Shown here piece after piece: positions 28,884-39,766 of a stretch of 64,000 nucleotides of DNA. The stretch lies in IMG/VR virus record IMGVR_UViG_3300033746_000013; one strand, 5' to 3'. Both the position numbers and the translations under genes were made by a program. Every line of letters begins with the position of its first letter. The first letter of the stretch is position 1. This DNA comes from a virus. The notes under the pieces are model-generated. The model ran no database searches. It was not told where the DNA came from and saw only the letters and a list, made by a program, of their open reading frames with translations.

Positions 28884-29356
28884 TAATAAACCTTTTCAAT
28901 ATACAATACAATCATAAAATATATAAAAGAAATATATTCCATAAATAATGTTTTATTTTTCACTTTAAATAAATACAATAAAATTGCAACAGACATTATT
29001 AAAATACTATTATAAACATAATCATATTCAAAAATCATAGAAGCAAAACCTAATAATGTTCCAATTATAGCTGTTGTTGAATGAACCTCATCTTCTAAAC
29101 TATGTTCATCTTTTTCAAAATCTGGTGATGCTCCTACAAAACACAGTATTGCACCAGATAAAAACATTAAAGGTGTGCTACTAATAATCATTAATGGTAT
29201 ACAAGTAAACCATATAAATAATGCGAACAAGATTTTGTTGTTATGTTTATAATAACTATCAGATATGCTTGGTAAAAACCCATATTTTATTGAAATGATT
29301 ATATTGTATATCCCAAAAACAAATACAGATAAAAAAAATAATATGTTATTTCCCAT
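28883..29356 (-). CDS. multi-pass membrane protein
   Basis: several hydrophobic segments, PSISDSYY motif. Confidence 0.7.
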   Translation of the reverse strand: MGNNILFFLSVFVFGIYNIIISIKYGFLPSISDSYYKHNNKILFALFIWFTCIPLMIISSTPLMFLSGAILCFVGASPDFEKDEHSLEDEVHSTTAIIGTLLGFASMIFEYDYVYNSILIMSVAILLYLFKVKNKTLFMEYISFIYFMIVLYIEKVY

Positions 29357-29358
29357 TA

Positions 29359-29709
29359 TTATATAAATATTTTAACTTTAAATAAATTTTCTAATTCTTT
29401 AAACGGTGCTTCATATTCTGTCGTATCAGTTTCAACATTATCTTTAACATTGTAAACTTCTAATTCAATAACATCCATATGATAATCAGTAATCGATTTC
29501 ATTATTTCAGCTTTACTTCTTTTACTTATTGAAGTTATAACAGTATATATAGCCCTGAGATAACCCGGCCTTAAATCTGGATGGGATACGATTCTTAATG
29601 AACCGTAACTTTTATCATTATTTTTAGATTTTAGTATCCATCGTGCATCAACATCATTTTCTGTTAAAAAATCATCGTATCTCTCCCAATATAAATCTTC
29701 TGTATTCAT
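29359..29709 (-). CDS. conserved hypothetical protein
   Basis: 116-aa ORF in operon. Confidence 0.6.
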   Translation of the reverse strand: MNTEDLYWERYDDFLTENDVDARWILKSKNNDKSYGSLRIVSHPDLRPGYLRAIYTVITSISKRSKAEIMKSITDYHMDVIELEVYNVKDNVETDTTEYEAPFKELENLFKVKIFI

Positions 29710-29717
29710 AAATTAAA

Positions 29718-30320
29718 TTATATTAATGTTACAATATATTTTTTTATATCTTCAAAACCTTTGAAGTACTGGTAATATTTTTTATAAATATCTCCTTTAT
29801 TATCAACCACAAATTTGGTTGTTTTTTTTGATAAAAACAATAAGATTTTTTCTTTTTCGAAAGAAAAAAAATCCATAATATCTAAATTGATACCAAAAAT
29901 ATTTTCATCTTTTAATAGATAAACCATTTCGTTATGATTATATATTTTATCTATTGTATTTGGAATTAATTTAAATAAATCATCAATAGTATTGATTGAA
30001 TTAAAAATAGGATCAATAAAATTATAATTATAATAATGTTTGAAGTATCTAAATGGAACTAATTTAGAGAATAATTGTAATCCGTTAACGTGGTCATGTT
30101 TATTTTCATCAAATTCAAATTCCCAATATAATAAATCTTCTTTAATAGTTTTATTTAATATTGAAGATTCAATATTTTGTTCTTTAACATTATTCCAACC
30201 AACAATTAAAGTTGGTAAATCATAATTTATCTGATCAAAATTATTTGAATAATTTATATAATCAAATTTTTTATGGTTCACCAACTCATTTGTATGTATA
30301 ATATTACCAATCTTTTTCAA
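29718..30320 (-). CDS. conserved hypothetical phage protein (TTG start)
   Basis: 200-aa ORF, LPTLIVGW. Confidence 0.6.
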   Translation of the reverse strand: MKKIGNIIHTNELVNHKKFDYINYSNNFDQINYDLPTLIVGWNNVKEQNIESSILNKTIKEDLLYWEFEFDENKHDHVNGLQLFSKLVPFRYFKHYYNYNFIDPIFNSINTIDDLFKLIPNTIDKIYNHNEMVYLLKDENIFGINLDIMDFFSFEKEKILLFLSKKTTKFVVDNKGDIYKKYYQYFKGFEDIKKYIVTLI

Positions 30321-30325
30321 AAATA

Positions 30326-30499
30326 CTATTTTAAAATTTTACAATATTTTTTTTCTACTTTAACATTATAGCTACCACCCATAAACACCCATAAACCAAT
30401 ATAATAATTATCTTTCACCTCTTCTAAATAGAAACGACTACCTTCTGGCATATCATCTGTATCCTCAATAACCTCTACTAAAATATCACTATTATTCAT
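30326..30499 (-). CDS. small hypothetical protein, 57 aa (MNNSDILVEVIEDTDDMPEG...)
   Basis: Read manually; fills the intergenic gap in the operon. Confidence 0.6.
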   Translation of the reverse strand: MNNSDILVEVIEDTDDMPEGSRFYLEEVKDNYYIGLWVFMGGSYNVKVEKKYCKILK

Positions 30500-30502
30500 A
30501 TT

Positions 30503-30748
30503 TTACTTGTTTTTGATTAAAAATATTGTATCGTTTTTAAACGAACTCAATTCATAAGATATATATTCAATATTCTTAATTTCTGATTTTGTTGAAATTT
30601 TTCCATCAAAATCAGAATAAAGGATACCATCCTCTGTTTCAACTTTAACTCCAGTTAATAACTCTTTTGATTCAATATCGATGATTACATATTCTTTTTC
30701 ATTACTGGAAAAAATTAAAAAGAATAAAAAGATTAAAATAAATTTCAT
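30503..30748 (-). CDS. exported CarboxypepD_reg-like single-domain protein
   Basis: signal peptide then IID..SKE.L.GV.V......YSDFDGK......I.YISYE. Confidence 0.6.
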   Translation of the reverse strand: MKFILIFLFFLIFSSNEKEYVIIDIESKELLTGVKVETEDGILYSDFDGKISTKSEIKNIEYISYELSSFKNDTIFLIKNK

Positions 30749-30816
30749 AACATTCAGCTTTATCTATAAAGAGAATGTTATGAAATTAAAGATGTTATCT
30801 AAACATTAACAAATAT

Positions 30817-31296
30817 TTAAATAATCTCACCATATTTTTCAAAATTAAAATCTTTAATTAATTTTGAAAAATTATCATACATTTTATCAATTACTTTGAC
30901 ACCTACTGATCTCTCTCTTTCTGAATCTCTTTTTAACAATTCTTCTTTATCAACATCGAATATTTTAAATTTAATATTTAAAGATTCAACACCACTCAAG
31001 TTAACCAATGAATCCATCATTTTAACCAACCTCTTTTTATCTAAATTGGTTTCATCAATAATAACATCAAAATCAGAAAATAATAGTCTCTGAATGTCTG
31101 ATTCAACGTTTATAGTGATAATATTTTCCAACTTATTTCTTATATCATCATTAAACCAACCAACATCCTTAAACATATATCTATAATCATCACGACAAAC
31201 TCTAACAAAATTATTATTTTTCTTTACAAATTCTTTACTCCAAGTTGATTTACCTGATGCAGGTACTCCAACACAAAAAATAACTTTTCTTTCCAT
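30817..31296 (-). CDS. polynucleotide kinase (PseT N-terminal, AAA_33) domain protein
   Basis: GVPASGKSTW, RDDYR, VIIDETNL, RD..R..SVG..VI..M. Confidence 0.85.
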   Translation of the reverse strand: MERKVIFCVGVPASGKSTWSKEFVKKNNNFVRVCRDDYRYMFKDVGWFNDDIRNKLENIITINVESDIQRLLFSDFDVIIDETNLDKKRLVKMMDSLVNLSGVESLNIKFKIFDVDKEELLKRDSERERSVGVKVIDKMYDNFSKLIKDFNFEKYGEII

Positions 31297-31297
31297 A

Positions 31298-31951
31298 TTA
31301 TCTATTTTTTAAAATTTCTAAAATTTCATTATAATTAAATGGTTTATACACTCCAAATAATCTAAAAGCATTATCAATACCAACATCAAGTCTATTTTTT
31401 TTAACATATTTCTCACCATGAATATCACCATGAAGCATTATACTACCTTTACCCATTTCATTCCAACTTTCAATTGGATAATGCATCATACAAATTTTCT
31501 GTTTACCAATCATTATTTCTAAATAATTCTGAACAGAAGTAAACACATCTTGTGCATTAGCTTTTGCAATAGTATTATCATAATAATCAACGCAAGATCC
31601 ACTATCAAGACTCCTATGACAATTAGGTAATTCTTTATTATTAATTATATGATGATCATGATTACCATTTATTTGGTAGATTGTTTTAACATTTAATTGT
31701 TTTCTAAAATTCCATATATTTTGAATTCCACCAAAACTCCAATCTCCAAGGTTAAATAATATATCATCTTCTTTAACATAACTATTTATTTGTTCAACAA
31801 TATGTTTGGACATCTCTGATGTTTTATCAAAGAATCTACAGTTGATGTCTTTATTATCCCAAACAGATTCACCATAGGTAATATTTTTATGCCAATAATG
31901 TGGATCTGACATAAACCATATTTTTTCTCCTATTTCTTTTTTAAATTTCAT
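31298..31951 (-). CDS. calcineurin-like metallophosphoesterase
   Basis: SDPH.WH, LGDWSF, GNHD, HYP, HGDIH, DVGID. Confidence 0.85.
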   Translation of the reverse strand: MKFKKEIGEKIWFMSDPHYWHKNITYGESVWDNKDINCRFFDKTSEMSKHIVEQINSYVKEDDILFNLGDWSFGGIQNIWNFRKQLNVKTIYQINGNHDHHIINNKELPNCHRSLDSGSCVDYYDNTIAKANAQDVFTSVQNYLEIMIGKQKICMMHYPIESWNEMGKGSIMLHGDIHGEKYVKKNRLDVGIDNAFRLFGVYKPFNYNEILEILKNR

Positions 31952-31972
31952 TTATTTATTATTTAGTTTATG

Positions 31973-32028
31973 CAAACTTACAATAAAAAACCCGAATAAG
32001 CAAATGTTATTCGGGTTTTTTATTGTAA
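31973..32028 (-). promoter_or_regulatory. nrdJ terminator overlapping a Bacteroidota-type promoter
   Basis: inverted repeat CAATAAAAAACCCGAATAA...TTATTCGGGTTTTTTATTG; TTTG (32001-32004)-N20-TAAGTTTG (31973-31980). Confidence 0.7.
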
Positions 32029-32037
32029 TTATTAAAA

Positions 32038-35000
32038 TTAAGAGCATTTACTCCAGCCACAATTTTGGCAAATTAAACAGCCTTCTTGAAAAGCAAAATC
32101 ATCAGCACCACAATTAAGACATTGACCTTTGGTTTTTTCTCCGTCTTTAATATACTTTTTAATTGCTCGAACAACACCATTTTTCCAAGTATTTATATTC
32201 TCTTCTCTAAAACTTAAAGATTCAATGAGTTTGTAGGCACTAACAGTAGGCATACCATGTCTTAGTATTCCTGATATTAATTTAGCATAATTCCAAAATT
32301 CAGGGTTAAATTTAAAATTAAGACCTTCATAGACATGTTTTTCACCACTACCATCAACATACTCCATATCATATCTTTTAAATTTACCACCATTTTCGTT
32401 TGAAATTATTTTCTGAACAATCTCACAATCTTTTACAGATACAGGAAGATTTTTCAATCCATTTTCCAATTTACCAGTAAACAATTCATATGGTTTTCCT
32501 TCATATATACCAATAACAGCAATCCATTTTTCATAGTTATTATTAAATCTATGAATTTCACCTTTTAATCTTTTTGGTCTTTTTGGTGCATCATTAACGA
32601 TAACTGTTTGTTTTTCTTCCTTTTTATCATTACTAATAAGAACACCACTACGACTACCATCACGATAAACAGTTATACCTTTACAACCACTTCTCCAACC
32701 TGTTTCATAAACTTTGGAAACTGTTTCTTCAGTTACATCACTAGGTAAATTAACAGTTACAGATATTGAATGATCTATATGTTGTTGAATTCTACCTTGC
32801 ATTTCCACTTTTTTGACCCAATCAACATCATTCGAAGTCGCTTTGTAATATGGTGATTTTTGAACGACCATATCTAATTCTTCTTGAGTATATTTTTCAA
32901 CCTCATCAACATTATAACCGTTTACTTCTAACCAAGTTTTAAATTTATGATGAAATACTGTATATTCAACCCATCCTTGACCTTCATCATCAACAAAATC
33001 AACTTTAACATTTTTTTCTTGGGTGTTGATTTTTCTACGTCTTTTATATACTGGTAAAAAAACTGGTTCAATACCAGATGTTGTTTGAGACATTATTGAT
33101 GTGGTTCCAACAGGTGCAATTGTTAATAATGCTATGTTTCTACGACCATACTTAACCATATCCTCATAAAGTTGAGGATCAACATCTTTAATACGTTGAA
33201 TAAATGGGTTACCAATTTCACGTTCAGAATCATAAATAGGGAATGCTCCACGTTCTTTTGCTAATTCAACTGATGAACGATAAGCTTCAATTTTTAATTT
33301 TTCGTGTACACTCTCACTAAAATCAGTGGCCTTATCTGTTCCATAGATGAATCCTAGTGATGCTAACATATCGCCCTCAGCAGTTATACCCAAACCAGTT
33401 CTACGTCCTAAAATAGCCTTTTCTTTAATTTTTTCCCATAAATTTCTTTCATACATCTTAATAAATTCATCTTCTGGATCAGAATCAATCTTTTCAATGA
33501 TTTTATCAATTTTTTCAATCTCTAAATCAATAATATTATCCATATATCTTTGGGCAGTTCTAACATCAGATGTAAATAAATCCCAATTGAAATAAGCATC
33601 TTTGGTAAATGGGTTTACAACATAACCATATAAGTTAACAACTAATAGCCTACAGCTATCATATGGACAAAGGGTGATTTCTCCACAATTCGCAGTTACT
33701 ACACCATTAAAACAACCTCTACCTCTTTTAGGATCTGTAAAACAATAGACTTTATCAGCATTTTCGATTCTTTCAATTGATTTAACTGTGATAAATCGAC
33801 TTGCATCTCTATTAGGATTAATATCATCAATCTTTACTCGATGTGTTCTTAATCCTAAATTATATAATTTTTTTACATTTGATGCATTGATGATTAATCT
33901 ATAAGATTTATTTGTATTATATTCAATACCTTTAATTTCTTTTAAACCACCTTCTTTTTCATCGATAACACTACCATTAACACCAAGTGTATTTAACACA
34001 TTTAGTTTAATTTTCAATAGAAAATCTCTATCAATAGAGGATATAGATATTGAACCTTCTGATGAATTTCTTGAACCATCAGAATCAATAATTCCAGCTA
34101 ACCAATATAATGTTTTCTGCAATGTTGAATCATCGAATTTAGGTACATATTTTTTATATTCTTCATTATTTATTGATAATAATATTTGTGAAAAGTCTGC
34201 TCTAATTGTTGTTCTATCAACTTCTTCATTATTTGATGGATTATTAGTATAATTAAAATATTCTAACAATTCACGTTTTTCACCATATAGATGAATCATA
34301 TGTTCTTTTTTTCTGTGTAATGTACCATCACCAGCATAGAAACCTAAAGTATACCAACTTTTTTCGTTAATAAAATTATTAGATCTTGCAAAATCCATAT
34401 CGAAGTTATTAGAATCCAATTTAAAACTTTCACCAATTTGGTAATCTAAAACAGGAAAATCATATTTTTCAAGTTTATCACCAACATTTAAATCTTTGGC
34501 TTCTTTTTTCACAACATTACCATCACGACTATAACCTTCCCATGTATAAAATCCATGATAATCAGTGCATTTTAATTCAGAACCATCTGAGAATGCTATT
34601 TTCAACATGGGTTGATCTTCACCAGTAATCATTGGTTCTACTTCTGAGAATTCTTTACCATTCCAAACATTTACTTTGGAACCAACAAGACCACCTATTT
34701 CTTTATAACCTTTATCTGTTAAAATTGGAGTATCATAACTAACACACGGATTAGTCGATTTAGTTTCAAATCCTAGGTCAGCATAACAATCAGGAATACT
34801 TTCACTTAAAACTTTATCCCAAAACAATATTCCGGGTTCAGCAGATTTCCAAGCATTGTGAATAATTTTTTTCCATATTTTTTCAGCATCCACTTTTCTA
34901 ATGAAACCTAATACATCATTATTATCATCCTTTATTTGTATATTTTCATTATATTTTAAATCTTGAATATTATAATTAAAAGACGATTTAATTGGAAATT

Positions 35001-35694
35001 TTTGAACGTAATCAGTTTTATTCATTACAGATTTCATAAAATCATCGTCAATTCTAACTGAAACATTTGCACCAGTTACTTTACCTTTAGTCAATTTAGC
35101 ATCAATGAAATCTTCTGAATCAGGATGTTTAATTGAAATACTTTCCATTAAAGCACCCCTTCTACCATCTTGTGCTACTTCTTTGGTTGAATTTGAAAAT
35201 CGTTCCATGAATGGAACAACACCAGTAGATGTAATAGCTGAATTTTTAACTGGTGATCCTTTAGGTCTAACAAAACTTAAATCCAAACCAACACCACCAC
35301 GTCTTTTTTCTAATTGAACAGTTTCTTGATCTAATTTCATAATACCACCATAACTATCACTATCAGTTTCATTCCCAATTACAAAACAGTTTGATAATGA
35401 AACAACCTGAAAATCGTTGCCAATTCCAGACATTGGTGAACCTTGAGGTATAATCCTTTTAAAATTTTTCAATGTTGAATAAATATATTCAACTGATAAA
35501 GCATTTGGGTATTTTGCTTCAATTCTTGCGATTTCTCTTGCCAATCGCCAATGCATTTCATCTGGATTTAACTCATATAAATCATCTCCATTCTTTAGAC
35601 AATATTTTCTAATCCACACATCGGTAGCCATTGTATCACCATTAAAATATTCTAATGTTGATTTTTCAACATCCTTTCTATCAATTTTAACCAT
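32038..35694 (-). CDS. nrdJ: class II (adenosylcobalamin-dependent) ribonucleotide reductase with intein
   Basis: SNCFV, RRGGVG, GRRGALM, TNP|..|CGEI, TIAPVGT, GCKGITVYRDGSR, C-terminal CxxC..CxxC. Confidence 0.93.
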   Translation of the reverse strand: MVKIDRKDVEKSTLEYFNGDTMATDVWIRKYCLKNGDDLYELNPDEMHWRLAREIARIEAKYPNALSVEYIYSTLKNFKRIIPQGSPMSGIGNDFQVVSLSNCFVIGNETDSDSYGGIMKLDQETVQLEKRRGGVGLDLSFVRPKGSPVKNSAITSTGVVPFMERFSNSTKEVAQDGRRGALMESISIKHPDSEDFIDAKLTKGKVTGANVSVRIDDDFMKSVMNKTDYVQKFPIKSSFNYNIQDLKYNENIQIKDDNNDVLGFIRKVDAEKIWKKIIHNAWKSAEPGILFWDKVLSESIPDCYADLGFETKSTNPCVSYDTPILTDKGYKEIGGLVGSKVNVWNGKEFSEVEPMITGEDQPMLKIAFSDGSELKCTDYHGFYTWEGYSRDGNVVKKEAKDLNVGDKLEKYDFPVLDYQIGESFKLDSNNFDMDFARSNNFINEKSWYTLGFYAGDGTLHRKKEHMIHLYGEKRELLEYFNYTNNPSNNEEVDRTTIRADFSQILLSINNEEYKKYVPKFDDSTLQKTLYWLAGIIDSDGSRNSSEGSISISSIDRDFLLKIKLNVLNTLGVNGSVIDEKEGGLKEIKGIEYNTNKSYRLIINASNVKKLYNLGLRTHRVKIDDINPNRDASRFITVKSIERIENADKVYCFTDPKRGRGCFNGVVTANCGEITLCPYDSCRLLVVNLYGYVVNPFTKDAYFNWDLFTSDVRTAQRYMDNIIDLEIEKIDKIIEKIDSDPEDEFIKMYERNLWEKIKEKAILGRRTGLGITAEGDMLASLGFIYGTDKATDFSESVHEKLKIEAYRSSVELAKERGAFPIYDSEREIGNPFIQRIKDVDPQLYEDMVKYGRRNIALLTIAPVGTTSIMSQTTSGIEPVFLPVYKRRRKINTQEKNVKVDFVDDEGQGWVEYTVFHHKFKTWLEVNGYNVDEVEKYTQEELDMVVQKSPYYKATSNDVDWVKKVEMQGRIQQHIDHSISVTVNLPSDVTEETVSKVYETGWRSGCKGITVYRDGSRSGVLISNDKKEEKQTVIVNDAPKRPKRLKGEIHRFNNNYEKWIAVIGIYEGKPYELFTGKLENGLKNLPVSVKDCEIVQKIISNENGGKFKRYDMEYVDGSGEKHVYEGLNFKFNPEFWNYAKLISGILRHGMPTVSAYKLIESLSFREENINTWKNGVVRAIKKYIKDGEKTKGQCLNCGADDFAFQEGCLICQNCGWSKCS
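33688..34746 (-). mobile_element. contiguous intein with LAGLIDADG homing endonuclease in nrdJ (353 aa)
   Basis: STNP|CVSYDT...CTDYH...LGFYAGDG...LAGIIDSDG...VYCF...VVTAN|CGEI. Confidence 0.92.
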
Positions 35695-35819
35695 ATAATA
35701 TATTTTTTTTATTTAATAATACCTCAAAAAAACAAGAGGGTGAAGATAAATATAATTCAAATAAATATTTTTTTTATAAAAAAAATAAAAAATTCATTAC
35801 TTACTAATTGTTAATGGAT

Positions 35820-35854
35820 AAAAAAACAACATATAAAAAATATGTTGTTTTTTT
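35820..35854 (-). terminator. intrinsic terminator
   Basis: AAAAAAACAACATA-taaaaaa-TATGTTGTTTTTTT. Confidence 0.6.
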
Positions 35855-35879
35855 ATTATAAAAATTTTTTATTCTATAT

Positions 35880-36401
35880 TTATGTTTTGTTTAAAATATT
35901 TTTCACTTTATTTCTAATAGAATTAACATCAACAAGATTCTTACTTTTATCTATTATTTTATCAGCAATAATTTCAACTATTGTTTGATCATCATTTTCT
36001 TTATAAGATTCTAACAATTCTGGAAAAATTGTTGAATATGCTTTTGTTACTTTATTTATTAATTCATCCATAATATTTTATATTTCTAATATAATTTTAT
36101 TATCGAAAACATTTTGAATTTTATAATTTATATTGTTTTCGTTTGTCGTTTTAAAAAAAATAAATTTTTTAAATTCCCATTTTTTTTCATTTGTATTTAA
36201 TTGTTCATCCTTAAATTCCAAATAATTAAAAATAAATTTTAGTTTATTTGTCAATTCAGGGTTTTTACCATTTATTGAACAAGTTTCAAACCATTGCTCA
36301 TCATGTTCTAAAATAAGTTTATAAAAAAACTTTTCAAAATCACAAGATTCAATAAATTTATCAAATTTATTGAATCTTTCCGTTGTAGCAAATATATCCA
36401 T
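35880..36401 (-). CDS. two hypothetical proteins (35880..36071, 36078..36401)
   Basis: ORFs behind promoter TTTG-N19-TATCTTTG (36446-36476). Confidence 0.55.
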
Positions 36402-36526
36402 AATATTTATCTTTATATATAAATATCATTTTAATTGGTTTGGTACAAAGATATATTTATTTTTAAATATCTCAAAGATAAAAAATAAAATAGTATACTA
36501 TTTATAGTTAAAAAAACACATCTGTT

Positions 36527-36955
36527 ATGTCTGATAGAAAAATTCAATTATTAAAAGAGATTAAAAACAGTATCAATAAAAGAAAAGAATATCTCTTAAA
36601 CCAGTTACCAATCATACATACTATTAACGATGGTATAGTTATTAGATTTTTTGATGATTGGAATGACTCTGAACATGAACGCATCAAATATATGGAAATA
36701 ACAGATGAAACATTGTTTAATGCAAAAGCAAATATAAAAACTTATTACTTTTTTTTACCAAAAGGCAGTATATTTGATGTTAGAAAACACAAATATATTG
36801 AAACTATGGTCTGTTTAGAAGGTAAAATTCAACTACACTATAATGATAAAACAAAAATATTGAATTCATTTAGTAGATTTGATATACCTGAAGATATGAA
36901 ACATTATGGAATAGCCATTGAAAATACATATATGTTGGTTACATCAAAGTTTTAA
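36527..36955 (+). CDS. cupin-fold protein
   Basis: KGSIFDVRKHKYIETMVCLEG...IPEDMKHYG; late motif at 36497-36506. Confidence 0.6.
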   Translation: MSDRKIQLLKEIKNSINKRKEYLLNQLPIIHTINDGIVIRFFDDWNDSEHERIKYMEITDETLFNAKANIKTYYFFLPKGSIFDVRKHKYIETMVCLEGKIQLHYNDKTKILNSFSRFDIPEDMKHYGIAIENTYMLVTSKF

Positions 36956-36957
36956 TA

Positions 36958-37170
36958 TTATTTTTTCCAAAACCCTTTAGGACATTTAGATTTTAAACTT
37001 CTTACTTTTGCTGGTATAAAACAACCACATTTTGAACATCTTTTATTTTTAGTGATATGTTCACAGTTCAAACAAGTAATCAATCTTTTTTTTGCGATTG
37101 ATTCTACTTCTTCAGATTTAAACATATAATTTTTCCATCCAGATACTATTTCATCAAATTTTTCAATCAT
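36958..37170 (-). CDS. small Cys-rich zinc-binding protein (DUF6171-like)
   Basis: R...CLNC......RCSKCGC..PAK......CP...W. Confidence 0.65.
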   Translation of the reverse strand: MIEKFDEIVSGWKNYMFKSEEVESIAKKRLITCLNCEHITKNKRCSKCGCFIPAKVRSLKSKCPKGFWKK

Positions 37171-37957
37171 TTTTATTTCTTTTTAATGTATATAATTTAT
37201 ATAATGCTTTTATTAATCTTCTTTTAGTTTTATCATTTAATGTTTTATAACCAATAAAATTATCTCTAAAACCTTTTAATAATAACATAAAATCTTCTTC
37301 CCAATCCTGATCAGTAAAATTACTAACTGTTTCAGAATATTTAGCCCAAAATTCATGAGGAACATTTAAATATTGTATAAAATCTTCTTTTGTTTTTAAA
37401 TTATTGTTTTTAAATTTTTTAAAAAAATCTTGTGTTTTTTTATGGTAAACAAATTTTCCATCTGTTCTATAATCATCGTATGCATGTTGTAATTCATGTA
37501 CAAGACTAATTTTGTATACATCTATCAATATTTCTTCGGATATTTTAAAAATATCATCTTTATTATTAATTTTTAAAATATTATTTTTAAATTCTGTTAA
37601 TGTTTCAGATAAATCTTTTGAACGTCCATTTAATTTAATCAATGATTCACTTTTAATATATTGTGCATCATTATAACCCATATCTTCTTTTGTAAATTTA
37701 ATATTCAGATCAAAGTTATTGATGAACTGTTTTAATTTATTATAATTATTAAAGTTAACAATATTTTTCAAATATTCTTTTTTATAATTAAAATAAACAT
37801 CAGATTTAACAGAATCAAATTCATCTTTATTTTTAAATAAAAAATAAATTACATTAGCAAATATCTTGGATTTATTTTTTAATATATCTTTAGCTAACTT
37901 TTCTATTTCAATTACATCGCTATAACCCTCACTTATATTATCTTTAAAATATCTCAT
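37163..37957 (-). CDS. HExxH zincin-like metallopeptidase
   Basis: LVHELQHAYD...Y...PHE..A. Confidence 0.6.
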   Translation of the reverse strand: MRYFKDNISEGYSDVIEIEKLAKDILKNKSKIFANVIYFLFKNKDEFDSVKSDVYFNYKKEYLKNIVNFNNYNKLKQFINNFDLNIKFTKEDMGYNDAQYIKSESLIKLNGRSKDLSETLTEFKNNILKINNKDDIFKISEEILIDVYKISLVHELQHAYDDYRTDGKFVYHKKTQDFFKKFKNNNLKTKEDFIQYLNVPHEFWAKYSETVSNFTDQDWEEDFMLLLKGFRDNFIGYKTLNDKTKRRLIKALYKLYTLKRNKND

Positions 37958-37971
37958 AAATATACTATTAC

Positions 37972-39714
37972 TTAATCATTATATATTATCCTACCACCAT
38001 CATTGATAATTACATTATAAAATGAGTTGTTAAATATTTTCTTTGCATTATTTTTTATTTCATCATTCATTAAACTTCTATTATACAAACTAAGATTTTG
38101 CATTCTACCAATAAAAGACGAATCGAAATATTTTTCAATATATAAATTATTTTTACTAATATCCTTATTTAAAATATTGGTATTCTCAACAATGAAATTT
38201 TTAAATTTAAATATGGAATTTTCTACAAATCCAATATTTGATTCTATAACAATTAAAGGGTAAAAGTATAAATTTTCACACGTTTTATCAACCCTAAATT
38301 CAAATTTTAATTCAAACCATTCAGGATTTATTCTTTTTGTTGAAAATTTTTGCTCTGAAAGAATTGTTAAGTTATCAAAATTTCCATCCACATCCAAATA
38401 AATGCTACCCATATCCATAAGTTTATCATATATATTTGCATTTATATAAACACTCATATATTGTATATGACCACCCAATAATTCTATTTGTTTATTATAT
38501 TTAATTATTATTTTTTCACCATTTAAAATTTCTAATCCAACAGATTCATCTGATGGTAAATATAAATAATTTACATTTCCATCTACATCAAAATTATCAT
38601 TTATATAAGTTATATCATTATTATTATAAACATTTATTATGTTTTTATCATAATGAAATGAATGTTTTAAACCAAAACTACCACCACCCCATGATATATT
38701 ATATGGAACACCAATTTGTTTTTCTTTGTGATTTTTTATCGGTTTTGTATAAAATTCATCAATATTTTTCAATGACCAAAATAATAATCCATTAATAAAA
38801 ACGTTTAAATCACCCTTTCTCATAGGATAACATTTAAATTTATTACCATCATAATTATTAAATGTTTCGTATGGTTTAAATACTACATCTATTAATTTCC
38901 AACCATTTGTTAAAATATTATCAGATTCATATTCCATTAAATCACCATTAATATTTATGGTTTTTATTTTAATGGTTTTATTTGGAGTTATCTCAAAAGA
39001 AATTACATTATTTTTTAAATTATCTATTTGTTCACTTGATATTTTTTCAATATGAAATTTATCTTCTTCATAATTTTTAAAATTATCACTTAATACACTT
39101 TCATCTATATATGATGATAAATTGTTTTTTTCTGATGTTATTACACCCTCATATTCTTCATTATTTATATATGTTTCACCACTGAAATGAGGATTATATT
39201 TATCTTCACTCCTAGTACCCATATAATAAAATATACCGCTTGAAGTATCAGATATTTCAAGTAATGTTTCAATAGTAAAACCATTATTATATCTTGGTGG
39301 TAACAATTCGTAATTATAACCCTCCAATTTAAAAAAGCCTTGAAAATATCCACCATTAAAATTCATATATGCACCAATATTTGGATCTTGAATTAAATCT
39401 GTTTCATATTGAGAATAATCTGTATTCCCTGTATAATCATTTTGTCCGACTGGATATAATTTTATATGATTATCGTTTTTATATAATGTATAACATTCCT
39501 CCATGCTAGAAGTTCTACCATTATCATACATTGTTAAACCATAATCAATTAAATTAATGTCGTCCGATACATTATTAAACCATTTTGATTCAATTAATAA
39601 TGCACCCTCATTATTAATATAATTCGAACTATTTAAAGTTGAATATTTCGATAAATCAAATTCAAATAATAATCCTTTTTTTGTTTTATTATTTTTTTTA
39701 CAATAATTATACAT
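37972..39714 (-). CDS. virion structural protein with LamG/ConA-like beta domain
   Basis: GFTIETLL, FIG....L.LYNR.L...EI; late motif at 39728-39737. Confidence 0.5.
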   Translation of the reverse strand: MYNYCKKNNKTKKGLLFEFDLSKYSTLNSSNYINNEGALLIESKWFNNVSDDINLIDYGLTMYDNGRTSSMEECYTLYKNDNHIKLYPVGQNDYTGNTDYSQYETDLIQDPNIGAYMNFNGGYFQGFFKLEGYNYELLPPRYNNGFTIETLLEISDTSSGIFYYMGTRSEDKYNPHFSGETYINNEEYEGVITSEKNNLSSYIDESVLSDNFKNYEEDKFHIEKISSEQIDNLKNNVISFEITPNKTIKIKTININGDLMEYESDNILTNGWKLIDVVFKPYETFNNYDGNKFKCYPMRKGDLNVFINGLLFWSLKNIDEFYTKPIKNHKEKQIGVPYNISWGGGSFGLKHSFHYDKNIINVYNNNDITYINDNFDVDGNVNYLYLPSDESVGLEILNGEKIIIKYNKQIELLGGHIQYMSVYINANIYDKLMDMGSIYLDVDGNFDNLTILSEQKFSTKRINPEWFELKFEFRVDKTCENLYFYPLIVIESNIGFVENSIFKFKNFIVENTNILNKDISKNNLYIEKYFDSSFIGRMQNLSLYNRSLMNDEIKNNAKKIFNNSFYNVIINDGGRIIYND

Positions 39715-39720
39715 ATAATA

Positions 39721-39766
39721 TTTTTTATATAAATAGTTTAAAAGAGTTTACTATTTATATAAAAAA
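39721..39766. promoter_or_regulatory. back-to-back divergent late-type motifs forming a 17-bp inverted repeat
   Basis: TTTTTTATATAAATAGT-12nt-ACTATTTATATAAAAAA between divergent genes. Confidence 0.7.
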
